From the NCBI GenBank assembly GCA_964019335.1, contig OZ025664.1, forward strand, positions 496,001 through 560,000: a stretch of DNA of 64,000 nt, read 5' to 3'. This document shows, piece by piece, positions 1 to 9,844 of the stretch (the stretch's first letter is position 1; each line of letters begins with the position of its first letter). Below the pieces are notes generated by a model, which was not told where the DNA came from, searched no databases, and worked only from the letters and a program-made list of their open reading frames with translations. This DNA comes from Diplonema japonicum (taxonomy: Eukaryota; Protista; Euglenozoa: Diplonemea). The position numbers and the translations under genes are program-made.

Positions 1-2
1 CT

Positions 3-1547
3 GTGCAGGCGCCTTCAAGCTTCTTCGATGTCACCCCAATGGGACGGATCCTAACGAGGTTTTCAAAGGATCTTGATTGTATGTTCCCCGAATACCTTAG
101 AGACACACAGCCCTTGACACCTCCCTCGCCGACGGTCTCAACTCTTTTTTCACAGTCATCTCTATGACGCTTGGCACATTGATTGTGGTTTTGGTTGCCC
201 TGCCTCTCTTCGTTGTTGTGTTGCTGCCGTTGGGTAACTTCTGTATGGAACAAACTTCTAACTTCTGTTTTTATCCTCCACACAGACCTCAGGGTGATGA
301 ACTACTACAGAGCAACATCGAGAGAGCTGGCTAGAATCAGTGCCACAGCGTCCAGCCCCATCTACGCCTTTTTCTCGGAATCTCTGAGCGGTGCCTCTTC
401 GATCCAGAGCTACGCGGTGGTGGAAAGATTCGAGTCGCAGAATGACAGGCTAGTGGACAGGTACCACAGGTGCTACTGGTTCGGCCTCACGGTGAGTAGG
501 TGGTTGAACGTGCGCCTTGAGTTTTGCGGTGCCATGATAGTGCTAGCTGCTGGTCTGCTTGTTGCATTCTACCGGGACAGCATGGACCCCGGCCAAGTGG
601 GGTTGGTGCTGACCTACGGTTTGCAGATGGTCGCAGCGCTTGAAATGATCGTCACGGGTGTGGCCGCTATGGAGACGCAGTTCAACGCAGTTGAGAGGGT
701 CATCCACTACTCGAGGAACATCCCGCAAGAGGCACCAGCTGTCATAGAGAACAGCAGGCCGCCCTTCGACTGGCTCGAGGCACGCTCTGACGTGCTGCTT
801 CGCAACGTAAGCATCAAGTACCGCCCCGACCTACCCAACGTGCTGCATGCTGTAAACGTCTTGGTTCCCTCTCGTGCCAAGGCGGGTGTTGTGGGGAGGA
901 CAGGGTCGGGGAAGTCGAGCTTGTTCCTTGCGCTGCTGCGTATGATGGAAGTACACGCGGGTGAGATCCAAATCGGAGGTGTCTCCATACAGGAGATAGG
1001 GCTGAGGGATCTGCGATCGCGCATTGCCATTGTGCCACAGGAGCCTACGTTATTCAGTGGAACGCTGAGATCGAACCTAGACCCATACGGGGAGTACAGT
1101 GACAGGGAGATATGGGAGAACTTGGAGAAGGCGCACTGCAGGGAAGTGGGAGAGAGGGATGCGGCGAAGTTAGAGGCTATCGTGACGGAGAACGGGGAGA
1201 ACTACTCTGTAGGAGAAAGGCAGCTGCTGTGCTTGGCGAGAGCGTTGCTACGGCGTTGCAAGGTGCTGCTCATGGACGAGGTGACGGCCTCAGTCGACAT
1301 GGCCACAGACGCGCTGATCCAGCAGACTGTGACCCGTGAGTTCGAGGACTGCACGGTGCTGACCATAGCCCATCGCCTCGATACCATCATCACAGGCACA
1401 CATGTCCTCGTGCTTGATCACGGGCGTGTCGCAGAGTTTGGGTCGCCCAAGGAGCTTCTCCAAAACCCCCATGGCACCTTCACTTCTATGGTCACAAGTT
1501 CGGGTCCTGCCACTGCCGACACTCTCCGTAGAAAAGCCGGGCTTTGA
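3..1547 (+). CDS. ABCC/MRP-family ABC transporter, C-terminal half (5'-truncated by window edge); introns 79-110 and 243-285
   Basis: Splicing GTATG..ACACAG introns of 32 and 43 nt restores FFDVTPMGRILTRFSKDLDSLD...LPLGNFYLRVMNYYRATSRELARI. NBD2 motifs GRTGSGKSS, NYSVGERQLLCLARA, LLMDE, TIAHRL. Confidence 0.93.
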
Positions 1548-1821
1548 GGGTTCGTTTTCTTCTCTTTCTTTTTTCTTTTTTTTTTTTTTTTTTTTTGGTG
1601 CCAACTCGTAAAAATCTGTTTTTTTGTTTTGTTTTTGTTTTTGTTTTTTGTTTTTTTAGCTGCGCGTTACACAGGTGTTTAAGGAAGCAGCCTTTCCACC
1701 CGATCGGTATCCTTTTCTTCTTTTTTCTATCCGTTCATTCAATTTTTACATCTTTCTTTTTTTTGAGATCTCACATAAAGCCCTATAGTCCGCGGGGAGG
1801 GCAAAAAAAAAAAACAACAAC

Positions 1822-2085
1822 ATGCACATTGCGTTATTATGTATGTTAGCGATAATAGCCCAGGTAATGGGGCAGGAGCAGCAAGAACAGCAGAAGCCGG
1901 CTGTCGCATCCGGTGAGGCGAAGGGTGTTGGTGGTGGTGACGCGGGGGCAGCAAAGGCAAAACCACACCCTGTGCAGCAAGGTCTTGTGGGGTCTCCGCT
2001 GAAGCTGCGGCTAACGTACCACATTTACTTCTTCTTTTTGGGCATCCCCATCGGGACCTTCGCATTGTCAGCGGTGTTGGTATGA
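1822..2085 (+). CDS. Small protein (87 aa) with signal peptide and C-terminal hydrophobic helix
   Basis: ATG after A-rich leader, hydrophobic N-terminus (IALLCMLAIIAQVMG), polar linker, hydrophobic C-terminus; GC-rich relative to flanks. Confidence 0.55.
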   Translation: MHIALLCMLAIIAQVMGQEQQEQQKPAVASGEAKGVGGGDAGAAKAKPHPVQQGLVGSPLKLRLTYHIYFFFLGIPIGTFALSAVLV

Positions 2086-2086
2086 A

Positions 2087-2117
<31 letters not shown>

Positions 2118-2275
2118 AGTACAAAACAAAAAACAAAATAGTTCTTCGGCTACATCGGACTGTCGAAGAGTCCTGTTGACGTTCCGTTACAGCTCTCTTG
2201 ATTTAAATATTCCCCCCCTCTTTTTTCACCTCCTCCTTTCCTCTTACACATGCATCCCGCCCTTAAGGGAGCACC

Positions 2276-2668
2276 ATGAGCACTGTGAAGGTGTGGGAAG
2301 CCGTTGAGGTATACGGTGATGGCATAGGTAGGATGAACCTCACAGAAAACGACAAAATTTGTATAGTGCGTGATGGTGACACAGTACCGCTCAGAACTGT
2401 GGGCCTGCAAAGCACACAGGAGCTTGTCCTGATGCACGAGAGCCCTGCAGCTGTAGTCGCAGCGACGTCTCGAAGATCACACGCGGACACATCGATGCTG
2501 GACATGGTGAAGGGCTTCCTGGGGATCCCTGTGTCAGCGTTCACGGAGTGGTACTCTTGGATGACAGGAAGGGCTACTGCGGTACAGGAAGACGCCGAGA
2601 CAGAACGCGACCTCATCGAGAGGTACTGGAACCCGCAGGCAAGCGCGATAGATGTTAAGTTGGAGTAA
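2276..2668 (+). CDS. Hypothetical protein (130 aa)
   Basis: GC-rich ORF with coding-like composition between homopolymer spacers; no motif recognised. Confidence 0.6.
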   Translation: MSTVKVWEAVEVYGDGIGRMNLTENDKICIVRDGDTVPLRTVGLQSTQELVLMHESPAAVVAATSRRSHADTSMLDMVKGFLGIPVSAFTEWYSWMTGRATAVQEDAETERDLIERYWNPQASAIDVKLE

Positions 2669-2765
2669 CTCTTACAGTTTTTTCGTTTCTTTTTTTTTGC
2701 ACGTCAAAGAAGTATATTCAGGACGCACACTGGGAGGGGGGAAGAGAAAAAAAAAAAGAAAAATA

Positions 2766-4049
2766 ATGTCGAAATGCAGCAGGATGGGTAAGCCGCCTGA
2801 AAGGCCGTATGAACAGCAGTCGCAAGACGTGATGCCGATGCCTTCAGACGGGTTTGCCTCTCCCGAAGGGATCATTGAGGTCGACAGCAGGGCGGAGGCA
2901 AGGTGGTGGGCACAGATGCAGGAACAGCGCGACAGCGTGAAGGACGACAAAACGTACACGCAGAGCCCCGACATGCTGGTAATGGAGAGCATGAGGCGCG
3001 ACAGGCAGACCATCGTGCAGGCATGGATGGGCATACAGCAAGATGCATACAACCATGTCAAAGAGGTCTCGGTGGTGGAGAACAGCAAAAACCACCTCTC
3101 GCCTCCAAGGATACAGAACTACAAGTTCGGCGGGGAAAAGAACTTCAGATCGTGCACGGGTGTTAATCTGGATTCACTATCCTCCGCCCTGTCGCATCTA
3201 TGGATGTACAGGTGGCTGTGCGGTGTGCAGCCATACGACGTCCGCCTCAGCACTTCAAAGATGTCACTCGCCCAGTACGCTGCAGTTCTTATGGAGGAGA
3301 CAGGCTTCTCGTCAATCGACAAGCACACAGGATACACAGAACACCCAGCAAAACCTGTTGTGTCATGTATTTCAGGGAGGCTGCAGTCGACCATGTCTGA
3401 CGAAGAATATCAATATGGCAGGCAAGGTGTGGCAAGCGGGATGGGGTTCATAAGCTGCCCCCCGGGCCCTTTGTCTGAAATGCTGCACTCCTTTATGGAC
3501 GACAGCGACAGCATAGATGTGGGAAGCCTTGCTCACAGAAGATGGCTGCTTGCTCCCGGGATGCAGACAACGGGTTTCGGCGGGTACTACAGCTCAAGCG
3601 TTATGCATGTTGGTGACGAGTTTAATGTTGCGGAGATGGGTGATTTTATTGCGTACCCACCGCCAGGGTGGTGTCCTTCAAAGTGGATGCAACCCAACGC
3701 TGCATGGTCGTGCTCTGTGAACCCTGATAAATACTGGATTGCCCCCAATGCTTCTGTGACAGTGTACAAGACACTTATAAGCGAAGCGCCTTGTTGCTGC
3801 AAGGTCCCTCCTGGGACGGCTTGCCCTTTGCATCGTCGTGGGGAGACGCTTCCTGCACCTTATGAAGAGGAGTTCACACGCATCAACACTTCTGGTTTTG
3901 GTGGTGCGCCTTGTCTTATATTCAGACCCCAAGGTGTTAGTCTGGCCGATGGCGAAGCGTACGAGGTACTCATTCAGGGGATCTGGGCAGCTGGTGAGAG
4001 AATAACGTTTAAATACATCACCAGGTTCTTTGATTTCCCGGAGGCTTGA
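2766..4049 (+). CDS. CAP/SCP-domain protein of bacterial type
   Basis: ATG 2766 after A-rich leader. YRWLCGV, AQYAAVLM, EHPAKP, FMDDSD...AHRRWLLAP.MQTTGFG, FIAYPPPG...AWSCS resemble bacterial CAP-domain proteins (recognised from memory). Confidence 0.7.
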   Translation: MSKCSRMGKPPERPYEQQSQDVMPMPSDGFASPEGIIEVDSRAEARWWAQMQEQRDSVKDDKTYTQSPDMLVMESMRRDRQTIVQAWMGIQQDAYNHVKEVSVVENSKNHLSPPRIQNYKFGGEKNFRSCTGVNLDSLSSALSHLWMYRWLCGVQPYDVRLSTSKMSLAQYAAVLMEETGFSSIDKHTGYTEHPAKPVVSCISGRLQSTMSDEEYQYGRQGVASGMGFISCPPGPLSEMLHSFMDDSDSIDVGSLAHRRWLLAPGMQTTGFGGYYSSSVMHVGDEFNVAEMGDFIAYPPPGWCPSKWMQPNAAWSCSVNPDKYWIAPNASVTVYKTLISEAPCCCKVPPGTACPLHRRGETLPAPYEEEFTRINTSGFGGAPCLIFRPQGVSLADGEAYEVLIQGIWAAGERITFKYITRFFDFPEA

Positions 4050-4236
4050 GGAAAATTTTTATGATGTAAGTTTGTATTTTTCCCCCCTCCCCCTTTCCCT
4101 CTCCTTCCCTTTCCTCTCTTTTGTGTTATCCCAATCCCCCCCTTTTTTTTATTTTGTGCTTTTTTTTTTTTAGATTTGTTTTTTTTTTTGACTTTTGACT
4201 AGGAGAGAGAATCTAAAAGAATAATTAAAAAAGAAA

Positions 4237-4499
4237 ATGACTTTCCACCAGCTGAGGAACGTTTTCACTGTCATCTTTGCCGCTGCCGGGCTTAACGCTG
4301 GCGCAATGGAGAGGATCCAGTGGGCCAAGGAGGTCGAGGAGAGCGGGCACAACGAGAGGGTGTGTAAAGGAAAAGGAACAAAAACACGAAGGAAAAAAAA
4401 AATTATGATAATAATAAAAACACACAGTGCGAACAGTACCCCCACAAGATCGCTGCCGATGTGAAGCTGCCCGAGAAGTACAAGGCTCTCTTCGCGTGA
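4237..4499 (+). CDS. Small 64-aa protein, two exons (4237-4359, 4428-4499)
   Basis: Removing A-rich intron 4360-4427 (GTGTGT..CACACAG) gives ...SGHNER/CEQYPHKIAADVKLPEKYKALFA*; one hydrophobic segment near the N-terminus. Confidence 0.7.
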
Positions 4500-4723
4500 G
4501 CATAGTGATTTTTGATACCCCCCCTTTTTTTTGTCACCCCCTTTAGGGTTTTTTTTCTTCAGTGTTTTTTTTTTTTTTTTTTTTTTTCCCTATTCACTCC
4601 CCCCACCCCTTTTTTTTATTTTTCCGGGCAAAGTTTTTTTTTTTCCTCCCCTGCTTTTATTTTTGAAAAAAAAATCTCCTATAGGGTTGGTGTTGGGGAA
4701 AAAAAAAAAAAAGAAAAAAAAAA

Positions 4724-5392
4724 ATGCCAGTGTGCATTGAAGAAGTGGGCGTGCAGGAGGTAGCATGGTGGCTGAAGAATCATGGGGCGCATGGTTCAGA
4801 AGTGCTGAGCTTCAAAGAAAACGAAGCCGACGGGCGGAGCTTGTTGAAGATCACGGGAGATGACTTGGAAAAAGAGTTTGGGATCAAGGGAAGGGACAGA
4901 AGGAAAGCAATCTCGAACGCAATTTGCGAACTGATCAACAAATATAAGACCTATGACTATCCGTCACTACTCGCGCAAGGCTCACCTGTGAAGGCCGCGC
5001 GACTAAATAGGACAGAGGAAGGGCCTTTTCACATAGAGGGAAAGGTACGAATAGCTTCGCTGTCTTGCCCAAAGGTCGTAAACCTTCTTAGGCAACATGG
5101 AGCCCCACAGGAGGCGCTGTTCAGGTTCAAGGACAATGAGGTGGACGGTGTGTGTCTCCTAGAGCTCGAGCAGGCAGACCTCAGCGAAGAACTTGAAATT
5201 TCGTCCTTTGCCGTCAGAAAGGCATCCTGGGCAGCTGTCACTGCCTTGCTCAACAGAAACGATAGCACTCCTCCCAGGCACCGAGTGGCAGCCCCTTCGC
5301 CCTCTTCGACCCTCGGATCCAGTCAGGCTACTCCGCACCCTTTGGCCAGGTACTACCGGCATTTTGAACACGGGGGAAAAGGAAGTGCGTGA
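4724..5392 (+). CDS. Tandem SAM-domain protein
   Basis: Two SAM-like units: EVAWWL...FKENEADGRSLLKITGDDLEKEFGI and KVVNLL...FKDNEVDGVCLLELEQADLSEELEI. Confidence 0.8.
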   Translation: MPVCIEEVGVQEVAWWLKNHGAHGSEVLSFKENEADGRSLLKITGDDLEKEFGIKGRDRRKAISNAICELINKYKTYDYPSLLAQGSPVKAARLNRTEEGPFHIEGKVRIASLSCPKVVNLLRQHGAPQEALFRFKDNEVDGVCLLELEQADLSEELEISSFAVRKASWAAVTALLNRNDSTPPRHRVAAPSPSSTLGSSQATPHPLARYYRHFEHGGKGSA

Positions 5393-5769
5393 TGAAAGTA
5401 TAAGTTATGAATTTTATTTTTTGTTCTCCACAGACCCTTATGTTACCCACTCTTCTTCTTTTTTTTTTTTTTTCTTTTTTTTTTTTTTGAAATACAAAAA
5501 TTATGGGGAAAAAAGTATTACCCTCCCCACCCTACCCCGCCTGTAGTTGGGGAAGAACACTTCTTACCCAGTCGACGCGAAAAAAAAAAAGAAAAAGGGG
5601 GGAAAACAAAACCCCCCCCTTTTTTTTCTTTGCAAAGTTTTTTCAATGTTTCTCCCCTCACCCCCCCCCCCCCCCCCCCGCCACTCTGCCTTCAAGTTAG
5701 TCTTTCTTTTTTTTCTTTTTTTTTTTTTTGCCAATTCCTCCAAAAAAAAAAAAAAAGGAAAAACCCCGC

Positions 5770-6516
5770 ATGTTCAGGCGCTCCGCCGCAAAGCACTGCA
5801 ACAAGCTCTTCACGAAGACTGTGTGCGACACCGTCGGGATGGACGCTGATCTTGCCAACGTGCTGGAGAACAACAAGGAGTGGGTGAGGCAGACAAACGA
5901 GAAGAACCCCGAGTTCTTCAAATCCATAGCTAAGGGACAACACCCGAAATACCTGTACATCGGATGCTCCGACTCCAGGGTCGACCCGGGCAAGCTCATG
6001 GGCATGGACATCGGCAATCTATTCGTTCACCGCAATGTTGGCAACCTGTGCCCCAACGACTTAAACTTTTTATCTGTTCTGGAATATGCTGTGAAGCACC
6101 TCAAGGTCCCCCACATTATCGTGTGCGGGCATTATGACTGTGGTGCTGTGAGGAATTCTGCAGCAAATCAGGTATCGGGTCTGCTCGACAACTGGATTCG
6201 CAATATTCGAGATGTGCACAGGCTTCACCATGACGAGATGAAGAAGACCCGCGAGGAGCAAGGGGATGAAGCTGCCGTTCGCCGGCTTGTGGAGCTCAAC
6301 GTAGTGGAGCAGTGTTTGAACATCTTCAAAACATCGTGTGTGCAGCAAACTCGAATGGAGACTGCGAAAGTTGCTAAGGAGGACCGTGAGTACCCATTTG
6401 TAACCCCCCGTATCCATGCGGTGGTGTTCGACCCTGCAGATGGGATCATGAAGAAGCTTGATGTTGATTTCAAAGATGAGATTGGGAAGTACCGTCACAT
6501 CTATGATCTGAATTAA
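5770..6516 (+). CDS. Beta-class carbonic anhydrase, possible mitochondrial presequence
   Basis: YIGCSDSRV, FVHRNVGN, LEYAVKHLKV..IIVCGHYDCGAV (Zn ligands C, H, C and the D-x-R dyad); N-terminus MFRRSAAK. Confidence 0.95.
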   Translation: MFRRSAAKHCNKLFTKTVCDTVGMDADLANVLENNKEWVRQTNEKNPEFFKSIAKGQHPKYLYIGCSDSRVDPGKLMGMDIGNLFVHRNVGNLCPNDLNFLSVLEYAVKHLKVPHIIVCGHYDCGAVRNSAANQVSGLLDNWIRNIRDVHRLHHDEMKKTREEQGDEAAVRRLVELNVVEQCLNIFKTSCVQQTRMETAKVAKEDREYPFVTPRIHAVVFDPADGIMKKLDVDFKDEIGKYRHIYDLN

Positions 6517-6699
6517 GGGGAGAAAGGGAAAAAAAAAAAAAAAAAAGAGTTCACATCTTCTTAGAGTGAAAAAAAGAGAGAAAAAAAAAGAAAGAAAATA
6601 TTCTGGCTGCCACTCCTATTTCCCCCTTTTCCCCCACCCCAGAATCGAGAGAGAATTTTTTCTTTTTTTCTTTTTTCTTTTTTTTTTTTCCTCGAGTCT

Positions 6700-6731
<32 letters not shown>

Positions 6732-7494
6732 AAGAACGATTTTTTTTTTGACTTGTCTGAGGGGAACGTTGACAGCGTGTTTTTTTACGGGTGCTTCTCC
6801 AGGTTTCTACCCGGCACGTACAAATAACGGTCAGTTCCTCCTTTTTTTTTTATATTTTTATGTTCTCTGCCTTGCTTTCCCTTTTTTTTCTTGAAAGGAA
6901 AAAGGGGAAAGTCAAGTTTTTATTTTTTATTTTTTTGCAATGAGAATGATTTTTATTTACAAAGAAGAAAAAAGAAAAGAAATCATTACGACGAGGCTGT
7001 TGTCCTTTTAGTTATTTCCCCCTCCCTTATTTTTACGCAGTTCTCAAAAAAAAAAAAAAAAGAAAACACAAAAACAAAAAAACGAAAAAAGAGAAAGTTT
7101 TTTTTCCCCCCTTCTTTTTAAGAAAGGCAGCGGCCCCCGTTGTAGTGCGTACCAAAAAGAGGCCGTTCCAAGATGTACACTTTTTTTTAGTTTGACTAAA
7201 AGAGAAAAAAAATGAGGAAAATAAAAGAAGAAAAACACCAAGGGGAAGGGGAAGGGGAGACCAATCTGAGCAGAATTACCCCCCCGCCCCCCCCACACCT
7301 CCCCTTTCATTTTTTTTCTCAATTGAATTGTACCAAAATAAAAAAGATGGAAAAAAAGAAGAAGAAAAGACTTTCACTTTCCCCTTTCCATGACGCTCCC
7401 CCCCCCTCCCCTGATTCCTTTCTATTACAAGAGACTTTCTAATCACAACGACACGCAAATAAAAAGGTTTATTTTCTTTCGTTTATTTTTTAAA

Positions 7495-9270
7495 ATGATG
7501 AGGCGCGTTTCCCGAGTGGCCATCGCGAAGGTAGCATCGACCAGACAATGGAGGGGTGTGACTTTGAATGAGATGAGGGAGAATTCGCCCATTATGTTCT
7601 GTTTTCAATGTGAGCAAACATCCACCGGCCACGGCTGCGATAGGATCGGAATGTGCGGGAAGAGGCCCCGTGTGGCTGTGCTCCAAGACCTCGCTGTCCA
7701 CGTCACAAAAGGGATATCCCAGTACGCACACGCAGCCCGCCAGCTTGACCCCACCACCAGCGACCCTGAGGTTGACAGGTTCGTCTTGGAGGTCCTCTTC
7801 GCCACCATGACCAACGTCAACAACGACAGGAACAGATTCCTCAAATACGTTGAACAAGCAGGTGCCATCAAGGACAAGGCCGAGGCGCTTTACAGAAAAG
7901 CTGGCGGCACTGAGACCTTCTCCGGGCCCGCTGCCTGGACCACTTCTTCCTTCGAAGAAGAGGTGCTTTCTGAGATGGCCGAAAACGTCGGTGTCCTTCA
8001 CCGTGCCCTCGACTACGATGAGGACACCTTCTCCCTCATCGAGCTCATCACCTACGGCGTCAAGGGTATGGCCGCCTACGCCCACCACGCCATGGTGCAG
8101 GGCAAGGAGTCCGACGACATCTACGCGCAGACCCACATGCTGCTCTCTTCCGTCTGCAACCCCAACGCCTCTGTTGAGAGCCTTCTCCCCCTCGCCTTGA
8201 AGTGTGGTGAAGTGAACATTCAGGTCATGGCCCTCCTTGAGCAGGCACACATCGAAGCCTACGGCGTCCCCACTCCCAAGGAGGTCAACACCAAGCCCGT
8301 CCCTGGGAAGTGCATCCTTGTGTCCGGTCACGACATCCAAGACCTCGCCAACATCCTGAAGCAGACTGAGGGCACAGGCATCAACGTCTACTCTCACGGC
8401 GAGCTGCTGCCGGGGCACGGGTACCCCGAGCTCCAGAAGTTCCCCCACTTCGCAGGGCACTACGGCGGCGCGTGGCAGAAGCAGAGGATCGACTTCAACG
8501 ACTTCCCTGGTGCCATCCTGATGACGACGAACTGCATGATCGAGCCCAAGTCCACATACAAGAAGAGGATCTTCACCAGGGCGACTGTCGGGTGGCCGGG
8601 CATCCCGCACATTGAGGGGAACGACTTCAGCGAGGTGGTGAAGTGCGCGCAGGCATGCGATGGGTTCAAGGAGGGCGCCCCTGCGAAGACGAAGAACATG
8701 ACGACGGGGTTCGGTGCGGACGCGATCCTGTCGCACGCGGAGACGGTGGTGGGGGCGGTGAAGAGCGGGGACATCAAGCACTTCTACGTAATCGGTGGAT
8801 GCGACGGGAGAGAGAGCGCGAGGTCGTACTTCACGGACCTGGCGAAGGCAGTCCCGAAGGACGCAGTGATCCTGACGCTGGGGTGCGGGAAGTTCAGGTT
8901 CAACACTGAGGAGTTCGGAGACATCGGCGGTGTGCCGCGTCTCTTGGACGTGGGGCAGTGCAATGACGCATACGGTGCAGTGAGGGTGGCCCTAGCACTG
9001 AAGGACGCCTTGGGCCTTGAGTCAGTCAATGACCTTCCCTTGAGCTTCGGTGTTTCTTGGTTCGAACAGAAGGCTGTTGCCGTCCTCCTCTCTCTCCTCC
9101 ACCTTGACGTTAAAAACATCCACCTTGGCCCCAAGCTCCCCGCCTTCCTCACCCCGAACATCGCAAGCTTTCTGGTGAACAACTACGGCATCACCCCTGT
9201 TGCTACAGGCCCTGCTGATGCGGCCAAAATGTACAAAATGAAGAACAATCACCTCGCCTCCTCTGCGTGA
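7495..9270 (+). CDS. hcp: Hybrid-cluster (prismane) protein / hydroxylamine-NO reductase with mitochondrial-type presequence
   Basis: MFCFQCEQT..GC.....CGK (CX2CX8CX5C), SGHD, HGELLPGH, TTNC, GGCDG, LGCGK, DVGQCND, SWFEQKA; Arg-rich, acid-free leader MMRRVSRVAIAKVASTRQWRG. Confidence 0.97.
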   Translation: MMRRVSRVAIAKVASTRQWRGVTLNEMRENSPIMFCFQCEQTSTGHGCDRIGMCGKRPRVAVLQDLAVHVTKGISQYAHAARQLDPTTSDPEVDRFVLEVLFATMTNVNNDRNRFLKYVEQAGAIKDKAEALYRKAGGTETFSGPAAWTTSSFEEEVLSEMAENVGVLHRALDYDEDTFSLIELITYGVKGMAAYAHHAMVQGKESDDIYAQTHMLLSSVCNPNASVESLLPLALKCGEVNIQVMALLEQAHIEAYGVPTPKEVNTKPVPGKCILVSGHDIQDLANILKQTEGTGINVYSHGELLPGHGYPELQKFPHFAGHYGGAWQKQRIDFNDFPGAILMTTNCMIEPKSTYKKRIFTRATVGWPGIPHIEGNDFSEVVKCAQACDGFKEGAPAKTKNMTTGFGADAILSHAETVVGAVKSGDIKHFYVIGGCDGRESARSYFTDLAKAVPKDAVILTLGCGKFRFNTEEFGDIGGVPRLLDVGQCNDAYGAVRVALALKDALGLESVNDLPLSFGVSWFEQKAVAVLLSLLHLDVKNIHLGPKLPAFLTPNIASFLVNNYGITPVATGPADAAKMYKMKNNHLASSA

Positions 9271-9844
9271 TGGATTTGTTGTTCATCGGCATCCCCTCCC
9301 CCTCTTTTTTTAGTAGACGATACTTGTGCAGGGCGCCCTGCCACATACTGCAGGCACCCTTAAATAGTCTCTTTTTTTTTTTCTTCAAAAGAAAGTTTTG
9401 TTTAAGAAACTTTTCTTTTTTTTTTTTATTTCTGCAAGTTCCCCCTTCCCCCCTTGAATGGGAAAAAAAAGAATTGTTGGGAATGGAAGGAAGACAAAGA
9501 AAAAGAAAAAAAAACTAAGAAGGAACCGACAAAACAAATGGAAAAGCGTCCCCAAGGAAATTTTCATGTTCGCGCAGTCCTCTTTCTTACTTTCTTTTCC
9601 CTTTTTTTTTAACCCCTAAACATTTTCGCTTCCTCGAGTTCTTCGTCCCCTGCCGGAAAGAATGGCGTTTTTTATTTTATTTTATTTTATTATTCTCTCT
9701 TTTCTTCCTCCTTTCTACCTCTGCTTTGTTCTTTTAAAGATCTTTTTAAGAATGCAGAGAACGATACGTATATTGCCCTTCTTCTTATTCTCCCCATTCT
9801 CCTCGCTTCCCGCAACAATCACAATAGGAAAGACAAAAAAGAAA

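Noticed and set aside
7483-8781. 432-aa antisense ORF over hcp
   Set aside because: Shadow of strong codon bias on the sense strand; no motifs; all supported host genes are on +.
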